From positions 1 to 64,000 of the IMG/VR virus record IMGVR_UViG_3300011399_000001: a DNA stretch of 64,000 nucleotides. The stretch is one strand, 5' to 3'. The translations under genes and the position numbers were made by a program. Below, in pieces: positions 46,101-58,900 of this stretch. Position 1 is the stretch's first letter, and each line of letters begins with the position of its first letter. The DNA is from a virus (taxonomy: Duplodnaviria; Heunggongvirae; Uroviricota; Caudoviricetes). A model generated the notes under the pieces. It was not told the DNA's origin. It saw only the letters and a list, made by a program, of their open reading frames with translations, and did no database searches.

Positions 46101-46346
46101 ATTTACGAGAATCTGTATAATTATAGATTTGGTCCTAAAGGATATGCCTACAACCTAAATCCTATGGCTGATTTCCAATTTCCTTCTAACCTTTCAGCTC
46201 TTCCTACGTATGTGGATGAATTGGTGCCTGAAGGACGAGAAGCAGAATTCAATTCTAGAGGTCAACTTAAAGATATTGGTACAAAAGCTAAGTCTAAAAA
46301 GACCTTTGGGAATGGAAGTATTGTCAAATCTTTAAAGTCTTACTAA
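43125..46346 (+). CDS. large virion protein (1073 aa) with a long glycine-zipper segment; candidate ejection/tape-measure-like protein
   Basis: GGGGGVPSGAGQVGSTIGGVAGSILGPVGGAVGSLLGGAIGGIIGG (GxxxG repeats) flanked by helical regions. Confidence 0.55.
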   Translation: MKKKKAQMGIFASANTSNKIPLISEDPKPVKEPVFKTKAEFDAYYLNQSLQKLSPEDKLWYDDAVAGRVKNVTPQDIIALRAPTPFHAKFNIKGKKEPMGNVLGRAYGVMQKGGIIQDNMGQLKHPGKITKINSPNITMKGVGFPVLGVSDIGDTKMMLPNQDYTFDGNSVTEFPLAKSGIHINPKNKGKFNALKKKTGKSTEELTHSKNPLTRKRAIFAQNAKKWNKGQMGLPPIETDWGSEDVFAPGQFSVEGQLNQFNATLPEQQGFLGKIGEQLGGAQGIYNTATSLIGGIQQIGQDKENRAQAKQFYKLAKLVNKAASLKPEKVKRKYVRPEDNLVQPRELYSPYGTGTNFLKDGGNLQFGGVLPFFEGIGPGRSGNLGQMLGSAIGGGGGVPSGAGQVGSTIGGVAGSILGPVGGAVGSLLGGAIGGIIGGKNQRETARFQRRGNAQLQNAAFSQGTNALHNQYIGFMEHGGNVQMGGELKTYNGEAELISHNPYLPDNGETVMFKGASHKDGGIDMRFGKNSVEVEGGEPAVKLENGGDAGLTVFGNMKIPSYGVTELHDKNAKGKKFKNYIKELSENEHKQNKIINKSMFAIDDNPLASPYDKLKMSSNEAMLIGANMNLKEIARKKEVASGIQTAILETADEFGLDSDKLSKGKIKKAKMGARIAQAGDSIPSSISRTDMQKWIDAGFMLDPENQNRLFRTTTTPGRTETKYSGEFKPGSEEFQRAFAQARKAKLNEFDFKGKKYNTDLYKGRTNKISFPGTSNTDYIDIYDPESVIGKIANIDPIDLGKIPSPYQTPLTSQKTQGKQRGGFDTLGIANSLLPYLRPSNQLPLDPNQLSGEMYALATNQLDPVQAQLYQPLLENVSDISLQDQLNANQADFNAIQRSVGNNPAALASLAAQKYAANTNVLGEQFRLNQGNRMNVYNKNRGVLNDATLKNLGILDQQYVRQSTAKSNTKATAQAALSSIADKIAKNKLENRTLGIYENLYNYRFGPKGYAYNLNPMADFQFPSNLSALPTYVDELVPEGREAEFNSRGQLKDIGTKAKSKKTFGNGSIVKSLKSY

Positions 46347-46410
46347 CTAAGTTTATTATACCAAATTCTAATATAATTCGTTATAATTTGGCTTTCATAA
46401 TTATTTGCGT

Positions 46411-46418
46411 TAAATTTG
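46411..46418 (+). promoter_or_regulatory. TAnnTTTG element (TAAATTTGTAGTTAA) 7 nt upstream of the second GIY-YIG gene
   Basis: Variant of the recurring motif. Confidence 0.35.
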
Positions 46419-46425
46419 TAGTTAA

Positions 46426-47184
46426 ATGGCTTTTATATACAAAATAAGGAATTTAGTGAATAACAATCTTTATATAGGTAGTACAAGAAGACCTAAATAT
46501 AAGAGAAAATATGAACATTTTTCTAGGCTTAGAAACAATAAACATTATAATAATCATTTACAAAATGTATTTAATAAACACGGAGAGAGTAATTTTATAT
46601 TTGAAATATTAGAAAAAGTACCATTCTCAAAAGAAACAAATAATGAAGAAATCAACAAAGAATTAGTAAAAAGAGAATTTTATTTTGTAAAGTTATTAAA
46701 TCCAGAGTATAATATTAAAAAGGATATTGTTAGAGGACAAACTGGATACAAACATTCTGAGGAAACAAAAAAGAAAATTTCTGAGAGCAATTTAAAAAAT
46801 CATTTGGATAAACCTAAAAAAGAAAAGGTTAGAATAAGATTATCTTCAAGTGGTTGGAAACATACACCTGAATCTATTAATAAAATAAGAAATAGAAGTT
46901 TAAAAGAAGATAATAAAAAAAGAATTAGAGAAATTCAAAAAATAGCTTCTATAAAAAGAATAGGGACTCATCTTTCTTCAGATAGTAAAATAAAAATGAT
47001 AAAAAAGAAATTTGGAAAAATGAGAGAGATAATGATTTATAATAAAAAAGGAGAATTTGTAAATAAATGTAATTTTTCTTCAGAGGCAAGTGTTTTAACT
47101 GGAGTAAAACGATCTAATATTTCTAATAATTTGGCAGGAATATCTAAGTCTGCTGGAGATTACATATTTAAATATACTGACTAA
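46426..47184 (+). CDS. GIY-YIG homing endonuclease with NUMOD3-like repeats (252 aa)
   Basis: FIYKIRNLVNNNLYIGST...YEHF...N.H.N..LQ..F.KHG...F.F.ILE; three G(Y/W/T)(K/H)(H/L)S.E(T/S)..KI repeats. Confidence 0.7.
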   Translation: MAFIYKIRNLVNNNLYIGSTRRPKYKRKYEHFSRLRNNKHYNNHLQNVFNKHGESNFIFEILEKVPFSKETNNEEINKELVKREFYFVKLLNPEYNIKKDIVRGQTGYKHSEETKKKISESNLKNHLDKPKKEKVRIRLSSSGWKHTPESINKIRNRSLKEDNKKRIREIQKIASIKRIGTHLSSDSKIKMIKKKFGKMREIMIYNKKGEFVNKCNFSSEASVLTGVKRSNISNNLAGISKSAGDYIFKYTD

Positions 47185-49925
47185 TGGCGAGTTTTGTTGA
47201 CCATCTTCCTACATTTAAAGAATACGTACAACAGTTTCCTGTGGAGGCTGCTGTAAGAGTGGGTACATATAAACAGGGAAAATACGACGAGGGGATACAG
47301 AAAATTCAACAACATATTGATAATGTTGCAGGAATTGATGTTGTTAGGGATGTAGACAAACAATACCTTAATTCTAAATTAAACGAATTAAAGGGAGGGC
47401 TTAGGAAAGTGGCTGCTGGAGATTTCTCTAATTACCAGTTAGTGAATAATGTAGGAGGTATGATTTCGCAAGTGGCCAAAGACCCTTCTGTTGTGAATGC
47501 TGCTTCCTCTACAGCTTGGTACAGGAAACAAATAGAGAAGATGCAGAAGGATGTAGATGAAGGAAAGTCTAACCCTGCTAATATTGATTATTTCCAAAAA
47601 CATGCTCAAACATGGTTGAATTCTCCTAATGCAGGAGAAAAGTTTTCAGGACAATATATCCCTAATTTTGATGTTTTTAAGTTTGCTAAGGAAGCATTTG
47701 ATGCTGTAAAACCTGATGGATATTCTTTTGATCAATTATACATAACTGATCAAAATGGAGTACCAAAAACAGATGCACAGGGACGTCCTATAGCTTCTCC
47801 TATAATGAAGAGGCTTGAGAAGGAGGGGATATTTCCAGAGAAAGTGAGAGCCACTCTTAATCAAATATTCTCTGACCCTAGAGTAGACACTCAATTGTCT
47901 ATATCTGGAGAATATGCACTAAAGCAATATTCTCCCCAATTATTGTCTAATAGAATACTTTATCAAAAGAATAAAGTAGTGGGAGATTTACAAGATCAAT
48001 TGAATGCTCTTAATTTACAGAAGAATACAGGAAAAAATGTACAGGCTGATATAGACATTATACAACAACAGATTGAGAATACTAGGGTGAAATATGATGA
48101 TTTTAGCAGACTAGCTCTCTCTTCACCTGATGCTGTAAGAGCCTCCCTGTATAAAGATGATGTTAAAAGTAATTATACCTCTATGTTTGGTTGGACTAAA
48201 ACCAAAGAGCAATCTATGGAAAGTCCTCTTTGGAATGCTAATTTTAGACTAAATCAAGAGGCTAATAGAGTGGCAGAATTCAGAGAAAGAATGGATTTTG
48301 AGAAAGGGAAGGAAGCTTTTGACAGACAATATAAAATAACAGACCTTAATTTAAAAGCTCAAAAAGAATTAAACAAAGGGCAATTACCAGCTAATGCTAA
48401 ACAAGATGCACAATTATCAGATCCTAATATAGGGGTGATGCAATTTGATGCTTTATATGAGGGGGCTGCTAAAAACTACAATGACACTTCTAGTGATTTC
48501 ATTTATTCTATGGTGCTGAAAAATCCAGAAAACGATGCAGAATTACAAAAATATATAAGAGCAGGAAATTCCAAAGAAGCCTCTATAGAAATTTTAATGA
48601 AAAATAAAGTAAGACAGAAATATCTTGCACAAGGAATAGAACCTGATGAAGAGATAATAAACAATGAAGTAGCTGATTTAAAGACCAAGTGGGAACAAGA
48701 AGCTATAGTGGCTATTAATAAAATGACTCCTGTAGAAAAAGAAAAGAATTCTGATGTAGCTGATTCATACAACACATATAGTAGGGCTAAAAAGGAATTT
48801 TTGAAAGCTACAGAAATTAAGAATGAAGCAGAGAAAGTAATGGGTACGGAATTAGCAAATACACTTAATTCTGCTAATTTCAAAGCTTCTCCTATTAAAG
48901 TTAATATTGGAGGAAAAGCTATAACTCTCACACCAGAAGACCTTTACAATGCAGCATTGTATTTAAAAGGAAATGAGGCACCTATTGGTTTTATGAATAA
49001 TGAATCTTTGAGAGGACAAGCAAAAATAGCTGAAACAGCTTTAATTAATGCTGGAAAAGGAGAAATTCTTGATTATATAGAAGATCACGCAAACGAATTT
49101 CTTGATGGTCCTACAAATGCTGCTATTTCAAATATTTCAATAGGGGCTTCTATTGAAAATCCAAATTTGGTTAAGCAGTTTAAGAAATTATATAAAGACA
49201 TTGACAATACTACATTACAAGCTGCCATAAGGTCTAAAGCTGATGCTATTAAACAATTAGGTTTCACTGTTTCTCCCAATCTTAGAGTTGATATTGTAAC
49301 AGGGAATACAGAAGCTGACAGAAATACATTTACTAAAATATTAGCAACAGCAGGAAATTATACTTCAGTTAAACAAAATCTGTCTCCAGACTTTGATTAT
49401 TCTAAAATAAATGATGTTTTAAATAGTAAAGATAACATAAAACCTCTTGAACTTAAAACTAGAAAAAATGATGCTACAGGAGAAATCACTCCTGAACTCG
49501 TATTTTATGGAGATAATGGGAAAAGAGTGGCTGGTATGGTGATTAGTCCAGAAGAAGCATTAGCTATAGGTATAAATACAAACTCTTTATACGAATCTGC
49601 TGATATTAAAATCCTAAGAGATAGAATGAATGCTTCTCCTTTAGGTAGCACCTCTATAGGTGACCCTAAAGAAATTTTAACATATGTTGAGGGAGATGCT
49701 TGGTTTGAAAAACAAGACTTCCCTAATTTAACAGGAAGCAGGTATGATGTAAAGGCCAATCTTGTTAGAAAGAATGGACTGGTCTATCCTGTAATATATG
49801 TTACTGATGGAATAACAACACCTCTTCCAAGGACTTTACCTGGACAAAGAGATGTAGCTGATGCTGTAGACAAGCTTATGTCTGTAACACCACAATTTGT
49901 AAATTCAATATTAAACGAGAAATAA
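47184..49925 (+). CDS. large alpha-helical virion protein (913 aa)
   Basis: TAATG overlaps on both sides; no catalytic motif recognised. Confidence 0.55.
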   Translation: MASFVDHLPTFKEYVQQFPVEAAVRVGTYKQGKYDEGIQKIQQHIDNVAGIDVVRDVDKQYLNSKLNELKGGLRKVAAGDFSNYQLVNNVGGMISQVAKDPSVVNAASSTAWYRKQIEKMQKDVDEGKSNPANIDYFQKHAQTWLNSPNAGEKFSGQYIPNFDVFKFAKEAFDAVKPDGYSFDQLYITDQNGVPKTDAQGRPIASPIMKRLEKEGIFPEKVRATLNQIFSDPRVDTQLSISGEYALKQYSPQLLSNRILYQKNKVVGDLQDQLNALNLQKNTGKNVQADIDIIQQQIENTRVKYDDFSRLALSSPDAVRASLYKDDVKSNYTSMFGWTKTKEQSMESPLWNANFRLNQEANRVAEFRERMDFEKGKEAFDRQYKITDLNLKAQKELNKGQLPANAKQDAQLSDPNIGVMQFDALYEGAAKNYNDTSSDFIYSMVLKNPENDAELQKYIRAGNSKEASIEILMKNKVRQKYLAQGIEPDEEIINNEVADLKTKWEQEAIVAINKMTPVEKEKNSDVADSYNTYSRAKKEFLKATEIKNEAEKVMGTELANTLNSANFKASPIKVNIGGKAITLTPEDLYNAALYLKGNEAPIGFMNNESLRGQAKIAETALINAGKGEILDYIEDHANEFLDGPTNAAISNISIGASIENPNLVKQFKKLYKDIDNTTLQAAIRSKADAIKQLGFTVSPNLRVDIVTGNTEADRNTFTKILATAGNYTSVKQNLSPDFDYSKINDVLNSKDNIKPLELKTRKNDATGEITPELVFYGDNGKRVAGMVISPEEALAIGINTNSLYESADIKILRDRMNASPLGSTSIGDPKEILTYVEGDAWFEKQDFPNLTGSRYDVKANLVRKNGLVYPVIYVTDGITTPLPRTLPGQRDVADAVDKLMSVTPQFVNSILNEK

Positions 49926-52900
49926 TGCCTGATAGGGAGAAATTAGTAAATTTAGGGGGAGTGATGGAAGGTTTTCCAACACTTGTTCCTGAAGGATTTA
50001 ATGCTGAAGGTGACACAACAAAGGACATATCTGTAAACGATATGTTTAATTCTTTGGGAGCAGGTGGTTCCAAGGGTCGACCTTCTATTCCTATAAGTTC
50101 CTTTTATACAGGGAACAGACATATTTCTGCATTTCCTCTGACAGATGTAGAGGAGATGTCTGCACAGCAACAAAGTACATTTGATAAATGGGGAAATGCT
50201 CTTACAAAGATGGTGGGAACAGCAGGTACTACATTTATATCAGGTACTGGAGGTTTGATATATGGGGTGGGGGCTTCTGTAAGAGATGGAAGATTTGCCT
50301 CCTTATATGACAATGAAGTGACAAGAAACATGGACGAATTCTCTAAATATTTAGAGGATGAGCTTCCAAATTATTATACACATCAAGAGAAGAATGCTGA
50401 TTGGTATTCTCCTAATAACCTATTTACAGCTAATTTCTGGGCTGACAAAGTACTTAAAAACCTAGGGTTTTCAGCAGGAGCTTTAGCTGGTGGTGTTGCT
50501 TGGGGAACTCTTTTCAGAGGTATTGGTCTTACTAACCAATTAGTAAAAGCTGGTAGAACATTAGAGCTTATAGAGGCTACAGAGCAGGTGATGACTTCTG
50601 TACCAAAAGCACAGCAATTTGGAGCTCTACAGAGCACATTGAATTCATTGGCTCAAACCTATCTTAAAACCCCTACAGCAGCTATTTTAAAGAGTTCTGA
50701 CAGAGTATTAGCTTCTGTGATGGGAACATTTGGAGAAGCTTCATTAGAGGCCCTACACAACCTTAATGATTTTAGAGGTAAGCTTATAGAAGAATACAAA
50801 GCTAAATATGGAGTAGCTCCTGAAGGACAAGACCTTGCAGAAATCAATGATTATGCTGATAAAGCAGGTAATTTCACATGGGGAGCAAACACTTTATTAT
50901 TATCTGCCACCAACTATATCATGCTCCCTAAGATATTAGGAAGCTCTAGAAAGGCTGATAAAGCTCTTTTAAATGAAATAACACAGGATGCTACAGGAAA
51001 GTTTATTTCTCCAGCCAAGGGATTTTTAGCAAAGACCAGGGGGGCAGGTGCCTTATTGTTCTCTCCTACAGAAGCCTTTGAGGAAGGCTCACAATTCGCT
51101 ATACAAACAGGTACAAGAGAATATTTTGATAGAGCTTATAAAAACAAAGAGGACGTTTCAGAATTCTTCTCCAATGTCTCTAATGTATTAGGTACTATTT
51201 CTGATGAAGGAATTGCAACCACCCTGTCTACAAAAGAGGGGATGGAGAACATTCTTATAGGAGGTATATCTGGAGGTTTACAACAAGCTAGAGGAACTGT
51301 AATACAACAAGGAATAACAGGAACTACAGGTCAAAGACAGAAAAACACTGATTTGGCGGTTAGTGCTTTAAACAAATCTTCTTTAGGAGTATCATTACAG
51401 GATGGGGCTAAATATGTAGCTAGAGGTATAAATTCTCAAAAGCTTAGACAAGAAGCTATTGCTGATAATGATGTTCTTTCAGAGAAGGATTATGAACTTG
51501 ATTTTACAATGTCTTATATTCTCCCAAGAGTAAAATATGGAAAAATTGATGGAATATTTGAAGAACTTGAACGTTATGAAAATCAGGCAGTAACAGATCA
51601 AGGGTTTTTAGAATTAAAGAATGAAGGAATAATTGCTCCTCTTGAAACAAAAGAGCAATTTGCTAATAGACTGAATACTATCAAGAATATAGCTAAAGAT
51701 GCTGATACCTTGTATTCTCAAATAAATGACAAATATTCTAATTATGTAGATAAGAATGGGGATAAGATATTTACAGATGATATTGTAGACCGAATGGTTT
51801 ATGCTGCTGCCAAAATATCAGACTATGATGTAAGAATACCTCTTACACAACAATCTCTTGTTTTAGCTGGAATAGATGTACAGAGTATTTTACAGGGAAT
51901 TATAGAAAATGACTCTCCTGCTAAGAAACCTTTAAAGAAAGCTCAACAAGATATTGACAAGCTTAATTCCATTGATGAAGATCAATTAAAAGAGGATTTA
52001 AGAGATGTTATAGAGCTCTCATTAAGAAGGAAGAAGTTTGTTGATGAATATAACAATATTAAACGCTCTCCTCTTTCTTATAAGGAAGCTCCTGTAGCTC
52101 CTGCTGAAACTTTAACTTTCACTAATGTACAAGAAGAGGTAGAGCCCTTACAATTAGATAGGGAATATATTTCTCCTAAAAGAGAAGCTACAGTTAAAAA
52201 GTCTCCAAATGAAGAGGAGTGGGAAGTTAATTCTCCTATTTCTGCTGCTCAATTTTTCCCTACTCCTGAAGAAGCAAATATAAGAAAAGCTGAATTAGAT
52301 GAGGAACTAGCTGATATTCAGGCAGTTAAAATCATTGCTCTAAACCCTGATGGAACAGTTGCAGTGGAAGATGTAAATGGCGATAGGTATAATATTCCTA
52401 CATCACATTTAACAGGCTATGAAAAAACTCTTACCCAACAAGAGAAACTTCAAAAATACAAACAATCTTTAGAGGAGGAACAAAATGACATTACCAAAAC
52501 TTCAGGCACTGTAGGTACAAATTCTCTTCCTGAAGATATTGGTGCTTTAGAAACAGAGGATAAAAAGAAACCAACTTCTGTATTATTTACTTCCACTACT
52601 TCAGCTTCAGAGGACGGTGCACAACTATTAAAACCTCATATTATTAGGACTAATACATTCCTTAATAATGCTAAAAACTTTCCTAATTTTGCTAACTTAA
52701 GAACAATTCTGGTTACTCCTAACCAAGAAGATTCTCTTGGACTAAAAGGGCTAACAGACCTTTCATTAGAAGGAAGTGGTGTAGAAAAATCAAAATACAC
52801 AGACTTTAATGAAGGACTTATAGCTGCTGTATATGTGGAACAAGAGAGGGATAATATATATTTTGTAGATCAGGAAGGAAAGAGAATTAATAAAATAAAT

Positions 52901-55900
52901 GAATCTACACCTCTTGATAAAATAATATTCTCTACAATGCCCACTACACATTTAGTATGGGCAGATGGAAAGACAGCCAGATATAGAACTGGTGAAAGAG
53001 ATGAAGCTATACAACAAGCTAAAGGATGGGAAGCTAAAAGAAAACAACTTTTTAATGCTGCTCCAGGGAGCTATGAAATATATGAATTTTCTATTTCTAG
53101 AGGAATTCCTTCTATTTCAGACCCTAATGAAAGGTATGATGTAGCTGCCTCTCTTATCCCTGAAGATAAGATTTCTACAGAACAAGGTCTTATTATAATC
53201 CCCACAACTGGTACTATTACTTTTGGAGAGGAATTGTTTAAATTTCCTAATGGTAGACCTGTGCTCCATTATAGAGATACATTACAATTCATTGACAATC
53301 ATTCTTTTACAAAGAATCAGGCAAAAAGTATATTTGAAGTGATTAAAGTTCTTGCTGAAGATATTAAAGGACAACAAACTAGAGGAGAGAAGAAACTCAA
53401 ATTAAATAGAAAATACACCACATTCTTGCAAAAAGTGTTATGGTGGAAACAAACTCCTGATATTAAAAAGAATCAAATATTTATAGACCCTATAACAGCA
53501 GAACTATTCTTTGGAGGAGATAGGTATGACCTTACAAATATTGCTGATAGAGAAGAAGTTCTTGTAAACAAATTACAAGAGACATATTCTGCTGTAAATA
53601 ATATTACATTAACACAATCTTTTGTAGAGCCTTTTACAGAATACTATTTTGAAAATGAATTAAAGACAAGAGATTGGACTAATTATCAAACCTATCTTCT
53701 ATCGTCTAAATTACCAGATGGGACTAAAAGAGCAACAAATGAGGTTCCTCTTACTACCTCTGTAAACCCTCCTTCAGATGCTGTTCCTTATAACTATAAG
53801 CAGAAGTATGCTATACTTAGAGGTATGGATTTTCCTGAAATCCCTAAACCAGCTCCTAAACAAGAAGTAGAAATATCCTCTGACAAAATAGGAGAGTATG
53901 TTGTAGACGGAATAACAGAAAACACATATAAATTAACAAGTGGACCTGTACAATTTACTGCTATAGTAGAGGGGGAAGGTGTGTCTGTATCTGTAATAGC
54001 CAATGAGACAGTAGATAAGATTGTAGGAAATGACAAAACAATGAACACTATTGTTTCTTTCCTTAAATCTGCTGATAAATTTGATGCTACAACATCTGAC
54101 AAAGAACAAGCTTTATTATTCGTTGGTTTGAAGATTTCTAATGATTTACAGAAGCTAAAGAATGCAGCTCCTAAAACAGAAAAATCTCTTTCTGCATTAG
54201 AGGCCAAGAAAGCAGATATAGAAAAAAGAAGACAAACAACTTCTACTACTTTCAATCTTGAAAGAGAGCGTAAAGCAGGAAAGGACATATATTATGAATA
54301 TTATATAACTCCTGAAGGTCGTACTGAAGCAGTTTATGGACAAAACGAAAAAGTTATAAGAGCGTTAATTAACGCTAAATATGATGCTGAATTATCTGCT
54401 CTTCAATCTCCTACTAAAGTAGAACTTGTAGGGGAGCAACTTGATGATATAGAGGCAGAAGTTAATAGAAGAATCAAGTCTTTTGGTATAACAACACCTC
54501 CTGCTAATACAGAATATAGAAAAGCAGAACAAGGACTTGAAGGAATTGCTCGTATTTCTCCTGCTGAAATAGAACTGTTTAAAGAATGGCATGCTAAAAA
54601 CACTCCTAATATCTCTTATGAAGTAACGGAGAATATTCTTATTACACATGATAATGAAAAAGCGTGGGGAGCATTTGAAAATAACGTAGCCAAATTCTAT
54701 AAATCAGCTTCCAGAGGTACTGAATACCATGAAACATTCGAAGGAATCTGGGGGTCTTTCTTAACTGCTAATGAACAACAATTCATTCTTCAAGATGAAA
54801 AAGCTAAACCAGGAAGTTTTGTAGATAGACAATCAGGTAAGAAAATTAAATATGATGAGGCTACAGACCTTCAAATTAAAGAGAGAATTGCAGATGATTT
54901 TGCTGATTTCAGACTTGGTAAGCTTCCAGCTAAATCATTGACTGATAGAGTATTACGTTTCTTCAGAGCTATAATTAATTTCTTTAGAGAATTTGTTTCC
55001 AAGCCTTCTTTGAAAAAGGAGCTTTTCAAAGCTATTGATACAGGTGAATTCAGAGATTTTACAATCCCTGAAAATCTATATTTAGAACCTGCTTATAAGA
55101 GAGTAGAGGGATTAACAGAACAACAAACAAATGAGTTTATACAGGATATTTCTGCAAGATTCTTTCAATATGTATTTGGAACTAATAGCTCTTTATATTC
55201 TCCTGAACTGTTATCTTCTCCTGAAATATTTAATAATATAAAACAACAATATCTTTCTAAAGACAAAAATAATCCCGATAGTGTTAGTAGAATAGATATT
55301 TTAGGAGAAACTGCATGGAATCAATTAGTTGTAAGAACAAAGGATTTTCTACGTACTTTCAAAATTGAATTCGATGAAGACAATATACTTACAATTAATG
55401 TTGAAGGACAGGATAACAAATTGTATGCTCCTGAGCCATTTGCTACTAATTGGAAAAAGTCTTCTCCTTTCCCTGTAAAACTTCTACTAGGGACTTTAAC
55501 AGAAACTGCTCCAGATAACCAGGAGAGTTCTAATAGTATGTCTCTTCCTGCACAGAAATCATCTTCTGTAAATGGATATAAGCTTTTAAATTTCTCAAGA
55601 GCTTTTGCTACTGTATTAGATAAACTGGCCAACACTACCAAAATAACAAGTATGGTAGATAAACTTATAGAATTGGCTAAATTTGACAGCAATTATGTAC
55701 GTTTGTTTACACGTTTAAAAGGAGATAGAAATAGCTTGGAGATAGATTTCTCTAAATTTCAACCAGAAGATTGGAGACTGTTTATTAATTTCTATCAAAC
55801 ATTCACTAAGCAAAAGCCTGATGCATTCATCCAATATATCAATAATGGAGAGGTATATAGTTCTTCTGCCAATTTAGCAACGGCTGTTAGAACAGAACAA

Positions 55901-58900
55901 CAGAGCTGGACAGAAAATATGAAAGGTCTTTCTAAGAAAAAAGACTCTTTAATAACATATAACAAAAGCACTAAAACTTATCAGGTGGGGGATACTACCA
56001 AGCTGCCTATAAAAACCCCCCAGAATCAAACTGCTTTCTTATCTAAAATAGGAATTGAATTTCCTATGGAGGTGTATAATAAGCTGAAAACTTATCAGAA
56101 GAAGAAATTCTCTGATGCTGTTTCTGCCATATATGCCTATTTTGGTAAGGAAAAAGACCTTATGTCTGTTACAGGGAAAACATTAAAAATTAATGGACAA
56201 TTAAATACATTAGCAGAACTCCTGGTAATAGTAACCAACCCTAACCAGGAATTGTCATATTTTGGTTTAGATGGACGTAGAAGACAAAATTTTGCTGATA
56301 ATAATGCTGCCTCTATATTAGAGAATGATTTCAATTCTTCTGAAACACTGGAACAACTGTTAGAGAATAGACCTGAATTACAGGACATTTTCTCACAAAA
56401 TAGCCTTGTTTTAAAAAGAGGAGGTTTGTTTTTCAATGCTGAGGGGAAGAGAGTTAAGAAGATAAAAGTTGGCTATATCCAAGGAACTAACAATATTGAT
56501 GGAGGTAGAGAAACTGTAACTACCAATTTGTCATTAGGAGATAGATATGTACAGGAACTCAATCAAAATGTTAATGGGAATTATTACATTCTTGTACCTG
56601 CTGATAGCTCTACAGAATGGATGATGGACCTTGGAAATCAAGTTCCTTTTATAGACATAGAGAGTAATGATTGGTCTAAAATATACACAGCTTTCAACGG
56701 TTATTTGAAAGATGACATTGCTTTGGCTAAACAAAATAGAACATATTTAAGAAATACTGCTCCTAGAGCTAAAGAATTGAGATTCTTTAAAGACATTCTT
56801 CCACAAGAGATATTGTCTAAAGTAAACAAGCTCATTAAAGATGATGTTAGTAATGATGAAATTGATATATTTTTAGCTGAAAACGCTAATGATACTAATT
56901 CTGCCGTTAAGCAATATATTGAAAATGACAGAAACAATACAATTGAAGTATTGAAAGAAAACACCCAAATTGTACAAAATGAAGATGAAACTTTTTCTTT
57001 TAAGAATTTAGATGATAATTTTACGAAGAGAGAAAACCTTAAAAAATACTCCCTTTCTCAAAAAGAGGTGGAAGATATTATTACCTTTACTAATGCTAAT
57101 TATATAATCAACAATGTCGAACTACATAAAATATTATTTGGTGATCCTTATCAATTTGCTATCAAAAATAATCAATTGGATGAAACTAAGCGTATTAAAT
57201 CCTTTCTTTCTCCAAGGAGAACCACTTTTGATAGCCCTGAATTTAACACTTTCCTTAATCAGCAATATAATAAAGCTGGTGAAATTCAACTTTCCCCTAC
57301 AGACCCAGGCTACCATTTACACAAATCGCATGTAAATACTGTCACTCTACAAGATGTAGTGGTAGCTGGTAGTGTTTCAAATATTAAGGACCTTCCAGAA
57401 GACATAAAAGAAGCCTACCTCAAAACTAATGAGGCAGATGCATTCTCTCTTATTATGGACACTACCTTTAGAGAGGTTAAGCTTAAAAATGGACAATGGA
57501 GTGAAGAAGCTGAAGATTGGCACCAATGGCAAATGGCTTATACAAGGCAGAATATGCCAGGGTATGAATATTCAAATAAAGCCCTCGAAAAACATGATGT
57601 AGCCTTATTGTCTACTCCAGAGCCTGAATATGTATCTGATGTTCTTAAACCTATTGTATCAGGAAATAAGCACAATGCTACGTCTATTAACCTTGCTTTG
57701 GACAAGATGTCTCAGATGCCTGTATATTATTCAGCAGTGGAGGGTACAACTCTTGAGAAATTCTACATTAAAATGTGGAAGGAAAAGAAGGGATATGCTG
57801 TATTTGAAAGTGGAAGAAAAGTAGGGGCTGAAGAATTAGAGCCTTTATATAAAGAAGATGGAACATTCAACGATCAGCCATTTAACAATAATATTCAAAT
57901 CTCTTGGAAGTCCTATGGAATTCAAGTAGAGAATGCATACGAAGGACCTAAGCAACAAACTAGAGGAAGTCAATTAACAAAGCTTTCTAGTTTAGATTTG
58001 GCTGATAATGGAGTGTTTACAAGTGAAGCTGCTCAAAAAGAATACCAAAGAAACAGAAAACTATTAGACGAAATCCACAAGAACGGATATAGAAATCTGT
58101 TAAGTTCTCTAGGAATAGAAGACTTAGATGGAAGTTTTAGACTAGTAGATAATGTATCTGTAGCTCAAACTCTTCAAAGAGAAATGTTTAGAAGAGAGGC
58201 TTCAGAGAATATGAAAGATACACTAGAATTAGATGAAAATGGAGAATTTAGAATCCCATTTGAAGCTTCTTCTGCTTATATACAGATAAAAGACATCATT
58301 TATTCAATGGTAGATAAGGCTATTGTAGCCCCTAAAATGTCTGGTGGAGCTCATGTGCAAGTACCTGTTACTTTATGGGAGAGTTCTAAAGAGGGAAGAA
58401 AGGTTGTGGAAATTAATGGGAAAAAAGTATTTACAGACTCCACTCTAAAGTTCTATACTAAGGAAGACCCTTATTGTGAAATCCTCCTACCTGCTTGGTT
58501 TAAGGATAAAATCAACCTTAAGAGATTTAAAAAGGACGAAGATATTTTAAACTACCTTAACAGAACTCAGGAGGGGAAAAACATCCTTAAAGGAATAGGT
58601 TTCCGTATTCCTACGCAATCTATGTCTTCAATAGAGGTGTTTAGAGTGAAGGGTTTCCTTCCCTCTTATATGGGAAATACGGTGGTTGTACCTTCAGAAA
58701 TCACTACAAAAGCAGGTTCTGACTTTGACATAGATAAATTAAATATGTACCTTAAGGCTGTTTATACAGACCATAATGGGGACATTAAGCTTGTTAAATA
58801 TAAAGGAAGTGAGGAGGAGACTAAGGAATTCTATGGTAAGATATTTGACAGAAAACTTGAAAAGAAGAGGATCACAAAAGCAGAAATTTTAGAAGCTATT

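Noticed and set aside
48503-48931. Antisense ORFs of 60-164 aa inside the large plus-strand genes (for example 48503..48931, 53794..54288, 61269..61619)
   Set aside because: They are embedded opposite long uninterrupted ORFs with strong coding periodicity and have Ser/Leu-rich low-complexity products typical of antisense frames in AT-rich DNA.
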